Below are positions 57,409-64,000 of a stretch of DNA of 64,000 nt, piece by piece (within the stretch, counting starts at the first letter, position 1; each line of letters begins with the position of its first letter). The notes beneath the pieces were generated by a model. It had not been told where the DNA came from. It saw only the letters and a list, made by a program, of their open reading frames with translations, and searched no databases. The DNA is taken from the NCBI GenBank assembly GCA_016870475.1, contig VGBO01000001.1, positions 3,515 through 67,514 on the forward strand. Direction: 5' to 3'. The stretch comes from Actinomycetota bacterium. GTDB taxonomy: Bacteria; Actinomycetota; Acidimicrobiia; Acidimicrobiales; CAIXPF01. The position numbers and the translations under genes are program-made.

Positions 57409-57879
57409 ATGACTCCCACCCTCTCGGGCCGCATCCAGAGCCGGATCTTCCTCGCACTGCTGATCGGTGTGCCGTGGACGATCCTGCTGACCCCGTTCCT
57501 GCCGGGCATCCGCATCGACGGCGAGGGGTTCGTCGGGTTCGGCCCCGGCATGTACCCGGTCACCTTCACCGCTCTCGGCCTCATGATCGTGCTCGGTGCG
57601 GTGGTCTGGGATCCGCTGTACCACGGGTTGCAGCAGTTCCGATGGGAACGTGACTGGCCTTCGATGTTCGCGCTCCTGACCGTGATCAACGAGGCGGTGC
57701 TGCTGTGGTTCGTGCTGTCGGCGGTGGGCGTCGACGGTGGCGGGCGGGCGCAGATGTCGACCTTCGTCGTCCACATCGCCACCACCTGGCTGCTCATGTG
57801 GCTCTTCGCGGTCGGCCCGATCCGCGTGGTGCTGCTCCGCTACCGGTTCAGCGGCGGACGGATCCTGCGCCGCTGGTGA
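57409..57879 (+). CDS. Four-helix integral membrane protein of unknown function
   Basis: 156 aa with 4 hydrophobic helices and the motif QQFRWERDWPSMFALL. It starts 18 nt after the flavoprotein stop. Confidence 0.6.
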   Translation: MTPTLSGRIQSRIFLALLIGVPWTILLTPFLPGIRIDGEGFVGFGPGMYPVTFTALGLMIVLGAVVWDPLYHGLQQFRWERDWPSMFALLTVINEAVLLWFVLSAVGVDGGGRAQMSTFVVHIATTWLLMWLFAVGPIRVVLLRYRFSGGRILRRW

Positions 57880-59212
57880 CGGTCGCCCTCGGCATGAACC
57901 GGTCGACGAGCGGCCCGGTCATCGCCGTCGTGACCAGCGCCATGACGACGGCGCCCACCTGCATCTGCGGACTGATCACCCCGGCGTTCAGCGCCACGAG
58001 CGCCACGACGAGCGGGAGCAGGCCCCGACAGTTCATGAGTACGCCGAGTGCGTTCGACTCCGACCAGGTGAGCCCGCCCACACGGCCGAACAGCAGCCCG
58101 CCCAGCCACTTCGACGCAACGGCCACGGCGACGAACGCTGCGATCCCGGGCACCCACGCCCAGGTGAGGCCGAGCTTCGTGAAGTCGGTTCGGAGACCCG
58201 AGTAGGCGAGGAAGATCGGCAGCAGGAAGGTGACGGCGACCTCGCTCAGTCGTTGGGACATCGCCGCCGCGATCACGGGGAGACGGGGCACGACCACCCC
58301 GCCGATGAACCCTCCGACGATCCCGTGGATGCCGATCCGGTCGGCCGTGTACGCCGAGGCCATGACGACGGCGACGAGCACGGCGAAGTGGTCGCCCTTG
58401 AGCGTGGTGCCCACCCGCTCGGCGGTGAACCACCGGGCGAGGAGCGGTCGGAGGACCCCGAGAGCGACGGCGAGGTACGCGATCGTGCCGACGACACGCC
58501 ACACGTGCACCGAGGGCGGGGCGCTCACGGCGACGCCCCGGGCGACGCCGACGGTGAGGAACATGAGCACGGTGACGACCGCGGCGGTGGCGATGCCGAC
58601 CGCACCGAACGTCGTCGACGCCACGCCCTTCTCCTGGAGGATCCGCACGGCGACCGGGAACGCGGTCACCGACAGCATCGCCCCGACCATGAGCGCGAAC
58701 CCGAGCTGGGAAGGTTCCTTCTCGGTGCCGAACGCTGCGACGAAGCGTTCGTTCCACAGCACGGGGACCAGAACGAACGCCGAGGCGATCGGCACGGCGA
58801 CCACGCCGAAGGACAGTGTGACGATTCCCTTGACCTTGCCGCGGAGCGCCGCCGGGTCGAGCTCGATGCCGACGAGGAACATGAACAGGATGAGGGCCAG
58901 CTGGCCGAGCAGGTTGAGGCCGGTCTGCGCCTGCGGTGGGAACAGGCAGCCGGTGATGCTGCCCGCCGCGGTACCACCGAGCGCCCGGTCGCAGGCGAGG
59001 AACGACGGCGGGGACGTCCACGTGAAGATCGTGGCGCCGAGGAGCGATGGGCCGAGCAGCACACCGGCGACGATCTCCCCGACGACCCGCGGCTGACCGA
59101 CGCGGAGGGCGAGCCCGCCGACGAGTCGGGCCACGGCGAGGATGACGACCACGTCGAGCAGCACGAACGCCACGACCTGGTCGGCGGGTAGGGACGGGAC
59201 CATCGCCAGCAC
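57848..59212 (-). CDS. Cation:proton antiporter (CPA2/Kef-type)
   Basis: LLDVVVILAVARLVGGLALRVGQPRVVGEIVAGVLLGPS is a canonical N-terminus, followed by about 12 hydrophobic helices. Confidence 0.85.
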   Translation of the reverse strand: MLAMVPSLPADQVVAFVLLDVVVILAVARLVGGLALRVGQPRVVGEIVAGVLLGPSLLGATIFTWTSPPSFLACDRALGGTAAGSITGCLFPPQAQTGLNLLGQLALILFMFLVGIELDPAALRGKVKGIVTLSFGVVAVPIASAFVLVPVLWNERFVAAFGTEKEPSQLGFALMVGAMLSVTAFPVAVRILQEKGVASTTFGAVGIATAAVVTVLMFLTVGVARGVAVSAPPSVHVWRVVGTIAYLAVALGVLRPLLARWFTAERVGTTLKGDHFAVLVAVVMASAYTADRIGIHGIVGGFIGGVVVPRLPVIAAAMSQRLSEVAVTFLLPIFLAYSGLRTDFTKLGLTWAWVPGIAAFVAVAVASKWLGGLLFGRVGGLTWSESNALGVLMNCRGLLPLVVALVALNAGVISPQMQVGAVVMALVTTAMTGPLVDRFMPRATVTSGAGSVRR

Positions 59213-59305
59213 GGGAACCCCCTCGGCCGAGGGCGTCTCCTGCGCCGTCGACGCCGCGCATCATGCCAGAGCAGGCGGTGTCGGGGTGCGGACTACGGTG
59301 CACCC

Positions 59306-59596
59306 ATGGCTGTCGACCCACCGGACGGTGATGCCCGGGCCCACGTGGCAGGCCTCGACGAGTCGGTCCTGCGACTCGTACGGGCCGACTGGCTGCAGGG
59401 GTGTCTCCGGGTCCAGGTGGAGGCGCCGGAGCTGCGACCCGACCGGCGCACGATGTTCCGCATCGTCGGTGTCGAACCGCGCATCTGGTACGTGACGGGG
59501 ATCAACGGGGTCACGACCGACACGGCATCGGCCGCAACCCTCGTGTGGACCCCGATCGTGTCGGGCACCATCGAGTTCACCCCGGGCAGCTACTGA
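59306..59596 (+). CDS. Hypothetical small protein
   Basis: 96-aa ORF with a strong G/C third-position bias and non-junk composition. No recognisable motif. Confidence 0.4.
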   Translation: MAVDPPDGDARAHVAGLDESVLRLVRADWLQGCLRVQVEAPELRPDRRTMFRIVGVEPRIWYVTGINGVTTDTASAATLVWTPIVSGTIEFTPGSY

Positions 59597-59635
59597 ACAC
59601 CCCCGCCCGGTCGCGAGCCGGTGGCCCGCTGCGGA

Positions 59636-60475
59636 TCAGACGCTGCAGAGCGACGTCGGGACGCCGGCGACACCCGGCCGACACCGGAAAATCGATCCCG
59701 CCTTCGCCGGATCGTCGGTGTTGTCGGCGGTGACGATGTAGAGCTCGTCGTGGTCGGCACCACCGAACGCGCAGCTCGTCACGGCCTTCGCCGGCACGGG
59801 GATCTCGTCGAGCAGGTCACCCGACGGGGAGAGCTTTGCCACCCGTCCGGGGCCGACGTGCGCGACCCACAGGTTGCCGTCGACATCGACGCAGAGGCCG
59901 TCGGGGATGCCCCGCTCGAACACGGTGCGCCCGATGTGCCGTCGGTTCGCCACGCTGCCGTCGGGGGCGAGGTCGTGCACCCAGATGCCCTTCGACGTGG
60001 AGTCGGCGTGGTAGAGCGTGCGTCCGTCCGGCGAGAACCCGATGCCGTTCGTGACCTCGATCCCCCCGTACAGCTCGGTGGCCGTACCGTCGAGCTCCAC
60101 CCGGTAGGCCTCACCCGGGGTCTTCGGACCCTTCAGATCGGTGAGGTCGCTCCGGACGCTGCCGATGTAGAGGCGACCCGCAGCGTCGGGCTGGATGTCG
60201 TTCCAGTGCGTGATCGCCGGGTCGCCGTGGATGCGACGCAGCACGCCGTCGCGCCAGTGACTGATGTCGGGGCCGGACACCACGAACCCGCCGTCGGCGT
60301 GGAGTGCGAGGCCGCCCGCCATCGGACGGTCGCCGAGCACGGTCTCGACCGTGCCGTCCGCCGTCCGGCGGTGGACCGTTCCTCCGTACACGTCGGTGAA
60401 CCACAAGGTTCCGTCGGCGTCGGTGCGGGGCCCTTCGACGAGGCCGAACCCCCAGGCGAGCAGCTCGAGTTCCAT
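59636..60475 (-). CDS. SMP-30/gluconolactonase/LRE-family beta-propeller protein
   Basis: MELELLAWGFGLVEGPRTDADGTLWFTDV, TNGIGFSPDGRTLYHADS and PDGLCVDVDGNLWVA. ATG at 60475 lies inside ORF 59636..60721. Confidence 0.85.
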   Translation of the reverse strand: MELELLAWGFGLVEGPRTDADGTLWFTDVYGGTVHRRTADGTVETVLGDRPMAGGLALHADGGFVVSGPDISHWRDGVLRRIHGDPAITHWNDIQPDAAGRLYIGSVRSDLTDLKGPKTPGEAYRVELDGTATELYGGIEVTNGIGFSPDGRTLYHADSTSKGIWVHDLAPDGSVANRRHIGRTVFERGIPDGLCVDVDGNLWVAHVGPGRVAKLSPSGDLLDEIPVPAKAVTSCAFGGADHDELYIVTADNTDDPAKAGSIFRCRPGVAGVPTSLCSV

Positions 60476-60500
60476 GTCGGTACCGTAGCGGGGGACACCG

Positions 60501-61451
60501 GTGGTTAACTGTCGAACGGTGACGCCGGCCCATCTCGACGACCTCGCGCTGCGTGAGTCCGCCTTCGCCTGGCTGCGACTCCAGATGCTCACGAAGGAAG
60601 GCCTCTCGCGCAACGACCTCGCACGGTTCCCCTTCGCCGGCCGTACGTTCCGCCTCACCGGCACCCAGACAGGGATCTGGAGGATCCGTGCGTCGTCGGA
60701 CGCTGCGATCAGCATCCTCACCGCCTACGCGCCCGTCGGCGCTCGTCGACCCTACGACGACACCGTCGGCGCCGACGGGCTGCTGCGCTACAAGTGGCGC
60801 GGGGACGACCCGCTCCTCGCCGACAACGTCTGGCTCCGCCGCGCGATGGAACGACAACTGCCGCTGATCTGGTTCATCGGGATCGGCTACGCCCCCGGCT
60901 CGAAGATCCAGCTCTTCCGACCCGAGTTCCCGGTGTACCTGACGGCCGAGGAACCCGAGCGTCGACAGTTCGTCGTCGCCGTCGACGGGCAGGAAGCCGC
61001 TCCCGCCGGTGCCGACGCGCACGTCATCGACATCACGAGGAAGTACAACGAGCGCATCGCCCGCGTCCGGGTGCACCAGCCGATGTTCCGGTCCGCGGTG
61101 CTCGCCGCATACGAGCGGCGCTGCGCCGTCTGCCGGCTGCCCTTCGCCGAACTCCTCGACGCCGCCCACATCAAGAGCGACGCCGAGGGCGGGGCGGCGC
61201 GTGTCTCCAACGGCCTCGCCCTGTGCAAGATCCACCACGGGGCGTTCGATTCGAACATCATCGGCATCGCGCCGGACTTCGTCGTGCACGTCCGGGAGTC
61301 CGTGCTCGCAACCGTCGACGGCCCGACGCTCCAGCACGCGATCAAGGAGATGGCGGGGCAACGTCTTCGTCAGGTTCCGGACCGGCGATCGGAACGACCG
61401 GACCGCGAGCTCCTCGCCGAACGGTTCGAACGCTTCAGGAATGCGTCGTGA
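60501..61451 (+). CDS. HNH_2-type (PF13391-like) HNH endonuclease with an uncharacterised N-terminal domain
   Basis: FRSAVLAAYERRCAVCRLPFAELLDAAHIKSDAEGGAARVSNGLALCKIHHGAFDSNIIGI is an HNH core. The N-terminal 200 aa include LLRYKWRGDDPLLADNVWLRRAMERQLPLIWFIGI. A GGGGGA Shine-Dalgarno lies upstream of GTG 60501. Confidence 0.7.
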   Translation: MVNCRTVTPAHLDDLALRESAFAWLRLQMLTKEGLSRNDLARFPFAGRTFRLTGTQTGIWRIRASSDAAISILTAYAPVGARRPYDDTVGADGLLRYKWRGDDPLLADNVWLRRAMERQLPLIWFIGIGYAPGSKIQLFRPEFPVYLTAEEPERRQFVVAVDGQEAAPAGADAHVIDITRKYNERIARVRVHQPMFRSAVLAAYERRCAVCRLPFAELLDAAHIKSDAEGGAARVSNGLALCKIHHGAFDSNIIGIAPDFVVHVRESVLATVDGPTLQHAIKEMAGQRLRQVPDRRSERPDRELLAERFERFRNAS

Positions 61452-61466
61452 TGAGGCCGCCCGCGC

Positions 61467-62690
61467 TCACTCCACGCGCAGGCCCGTGATCGCGCGGGCG
61501 ATGACGAGCTGTTGGATCTGCTCGGTGCCCTCGAAGATGTCGTAGACCTTCGCATCGCGGTGCCAGCGTTCGACCGGGTGGTCCTTCACGAAGCCGGCGC
61601 CGCCGAGGACCTGCATCGCCCGTTCCGTCGCCCACACCGCCACCCGACCGGCCTTCAGCTTCGACATGGAGCCTTCGCCGCCACGGAGTCCACCGTTGTT
61701 CGCCTGCCACGCCGCCCGCCACACGAGCAGCCGGGCGGCATCGATCTCCGTCGCCATGTCGGCGAGCAGGAACGCCACCGCCTGGTGTTCGGCGATGGCC
61801 TTGCCGAACGTCCGCCGCTCGAGCGCGTAGTCGCGGGCGTACTCGAACGCCGCCCGCGCGATACCGAGCGCCTGCGCGGCGACCGCCGGCCGGGTCGCCT
61901 CGAACGTCGCCATCGCCGGCTGTCGCTCCCCGGTCCGAGCGGCGTCGCGCGCTCGACCGAGTTTCTCCTCGAGTCGTTCCCTGCCACCGAGCAGGCACCG
62001 CTCGGGCACGCGAACGTCGTCGAGGACCACTTCGGCGGTGTGGCTCGCCCGGATGCCGGACTTCCGATACTTCTGCCCCATCGACAACCCGGGCGTGCCC
62101 GGCGGCACGACGAAGGCGGCCTGACCGCGCGCCCCGAGGGCGGGGTCGACGGTTGCGACGACGACGTGCACATCCGCGATCCCGCCGTTGGTGATCCAGG
62201 CCTTCGTCCCCGTCAGCACCCAGTCGCCGGTCGCCTCGTCGAACGTCGCCCGGGTCCGCAGCGACGACACGTCGGAGCCGGCATCCGCCTCCGACACGCA
62301 GAACGCTCCGAGGCGGGGGTCGTCCGCGGTCCCGTAGCACTGCGGCAACCACTCGCCGAGCTGCTCGGGCGTCCCGGCGCCGGCGATCGCCGCAGCGGCG
62401 AGCCCGGACCCGAGGATCGCGAGCCCGATGCCCGCATCGCCCCAGAACAGCTCCTCGGTGACGACGGGCAGGGTCAGCCCCGTCGGGTCGAACGACGCGT
62501 TCGCGACGAAGTCGAGCGAGTAGAGCCCGATCCGGGCGGCCTCCTGCACGACCGGCCAGGGGAACTCCTCACGGTCGTCCCACTCCGCCGCGACCGGTCG
62601 CACGACGTTCGCAGCGAAGTCGTGCACCCAACTCTGGAGTTGCCGCTGGTCGTCGGAGAGCGCGAGCGAGAAGCCGATCATGACTGCCAC
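61467..62690 (-). CDS. Acyl-CoA dehydrogenase
   Basis: Complete ACAD fold with the catalytic Glu (VYDIFEGTEQIQ). 407 aa. Confidence 0.9.
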   Translation of the reverse strand: MAVMIGFSLALSDDQRQLQSWVHDFAANVVRPVAAEWDDREEFPWPVVQEAARIGLYSLDFVANASFDPTGLTLPVVTEELFWGDAGIGLAILGSGLAAAAIAGAGTPEQLGEWLPQCYGTADDPRLGAFCVSEADAGSDVSSLRTRATFDEATGDWVLTGTKAWITNGGIADVHVVVATVDPALGARGQAAFVVPPGTPGLSMGQKYRKSGIRASHTAEVVLDDVRVPERCLLGGRERLEEKLGRARDAARTGERQPAMATFEATRPAVAAQALGIARAAFEYARDYALERRTFGKAIAEHQAVAFLLADMATEIDAARLLVWRAAWQANNGGLRGGEGSMSKLKAGRVAVWATERAMQVLGGAGFVKDHPVERWHRDAKVYDIFEGTEQIQQLVIARAITGLRVE

Positions 62691-62739
62691 CTCCGACGGG
62701 GGACGGATAGGGTCACGCTACCCGTGGGAAGGACACCAC

Positions 62740-64000
62740 ATGACCGCTGAGCAGGCCGCACCGGCCGCCGCCGGACCGGTCGGCGGGATCACCCGGCGAC
62801 AGCTCTACTGGCTCCTCGGAGGCCTCATCATCGGCCTGTTCCTGGCCGCGACCGAACAGAGCGTCGTCGCGACCGCACTCCCCACGATCGCCGGCGAGCT
62901 CGGCGGTGCGAACCGCATCGCCGCGGTCGTCTCCGCCTACCTGCTCACCTCGACGGTCGTCACCCCGCTCTACGGCAAGCTCTCCGACCTCTACGGCCGA
63001 CGCATCGTGTACCAGGCGTCGATCGCGATCTTCATCGTCGGCTCCGCGCTCTGCGGCCTCGCCCATACCATGGACCAGCTCATCGCCGCCCGGGTCGTGC
63101 AGGGCGCCGGCGGCGGCGGCCTCATGTCGCTCGCGTTCGTGATCATCGGCGACGTCCTCTCCCCGCGTGAGCGGGGGCGCTACATCGGTGTGTTCACCGG
63201 AGCGTTCGCGTTCTCCTCGGTCACCGGCCCGCTGTGGGGTGGCCTGCTCGTCGACACGGTCGGCTGGCGCTGGATCTTCCTCGTCATCGTGCCCGCCGGA
63301 CTCATCGGTCTCGCCGTGACCTCCGTCGGCCTCCGCCTCCCCTTCGCCGTGCGCAAGCGGCCGATCGACTGGGCCGGGGCGCTCCTGCTCGTCACCGCGT
63401 CGAGCGCGCTCATCCTCGTGCCCATCTGGGGTGAGAGCGGTGCCGGGTGGACGTCCCCCCGGGTCACGATCGTCGGGGTCGTCGGCGTCGTGCTCACGGT
63501 GCTCTTCGTGCTCCGCGAGCGGGTCGCCGAGGAGCCGATCCTGCCGCTGCGGCTCTTCACCGACCGGACCGTGTCCGCAACGTTCGTCATGGGCTTTCTG
63601 CTCATGGCGGCCCTCATCTCGGTGTCGACCCTCATGCCGCTGTTCCTGCAGATCGCCAAGGGGGTCTCGGCGACGTCGTCGGGGCTGCGAATGGTCCCCC
63701 AGACGATCGGCATCACCCTCACCGCGACGATCACCGGCAACATCGTGAGCCGCGTCGGTCGCTACAAGTGGTCGATGCTCGCCGGCCCGGCCATCGCAGC
63801 CGTCGGGGTGGGTCTGCTGTCCACCATCGACGCCGCCACCGGGTTCCCCGAGCTCGCCGTCTACCTCGTGCTCCTCGGCGTCGGCCTCGGCATGGTCTTC
63901 CCGAACATGACCCTCGCCGTGCAGAACGTCGTGTCGATGGCCGACCTCGGCGTCGGCACCACCACGGCGAACTTCTTCCGGAACATGGGAGCCACCTTCG
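62740..64000 (+). CDS. DHA2 (EmrB/QacA)-type MFS transporter, 3' end outside window
   Basis: Own translation from ATG at 62740: MTAEQAAPAA...LFLAATEQSVVATALPTIAGELGG, LYGKLSDLYGRR (motif A), VQGAGGGG, WRWIFLVIVP. The frame is open to the window end, so it is not in the ORF track. Confidence 0.85.
   Translation, partial: MTAEQAAPAAAGPVGGITRRQLYWLLGGLIIGLFLAATEQSVVATALPTIAGELGGANRIAAVVSAYLLTSTVVTPLYGKLSDLYGRRIVYQASIAIFIVGSALCGLAHTMDQLIAARVVQGAGGGGLMSLAFVIIGDVLSPRERGRYIGVFTGAFAFSSVTGPLWGGLLVDTVGWRWIFLVIVPAGLIGLAVTSVGLRLPFAVRKRPIDWAGALLLVTASSALILVPIWGESGAGWTSPRVTIVGVVGVVLTVLFVLRERVAEEPILPLRLFTDRTVSATFVMGFLLMAALISVSTLMPLFLQIAKGVSATSSGLRMVPQTIGITLTATITGNIVSRVGRYKWSMLAGPAIAAVGVGLLSTIDAATGFPELAVYLVLLGVGLGMVFPNMTLAVQNVVSMADLGVGTTTANFFRNMGATF

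Noticed and set aside
52683-62739. A genomic island integrated at tRNA-Leu, covering the tad remnant, flavoprotein module, antiporter, lactonase and HNH nuclease.
   Set aside because: I saw no integrase, recombinase or transposase. I found no direct repeat of the tRNA-Leu 3' end by eye, and there is no clear compositional break. The boundaries cannot be supported from this window alone.

Overview
High-GC, actinobacterial-type chromosomal segment. It is very gene-dense: about 70 CDS and 7 tRNAs. I saw no rRNA, CRISPR array, transposase or integrase. All calls come from reading the ORF track and sequence and from motif memory; no homology search was run.

Positions 1-27.2 kb form a conserved minus-strand housekeeping block: lytR_C-like gene, nadD, proB, obg, rpmA-rplU, rne, a TIGR03960/TIGR03936-type radical-SAM pair, rodA-mrdA-mreDCB-ndk-folC, and clpX-clpP(P2-type)-tig. 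This block is interrupted by a MoxR/VWA/histidine-phosphatase/DUF169-like operon and by a sigma factor plus class II DAHP synthase.

From 27.2 kb onward the content is more accessory. It holds tRNA-Pro/Gly/Arg/His/Lys/Leu and many CoA-ester catabolic genes: an alpha/beta acyl-CoA dehydrogenase pair, family III CoA-transferases (one a tandem fusion), thiolase-like plus DUF35, crotonase, an LLM oxidoreductase and an ACAD-fold monooxygenase. It also holds a patatin-like lipase with a membrane insertion, an SCO plus cupredoxin-like pair, a second unlinked clpP (P1-type), and a solitary HNH nuclease.

Observations most worth a second look:
- A clearly decayed Tad/Flp pilus locus at 52.8-55.7 kb, with two frameshifts, an in-frame stop, and a deletion that removed the tadA ATPase.
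- An uncharacterised flavoprotein plus 4-TM protein pair next to that locus.
- Two CDS whose start codons lie 2-3 nt after a tRNA 3' end, suggesting tRNA-punctuated, effectively leaderless mRNAs.
- A hairpin abutting the rplU start codon.
- A secreted protein split at a G5 run.

I found no convincing multi-gene defence or otherwise clearly novel system. The candidates above are hypotheses only.
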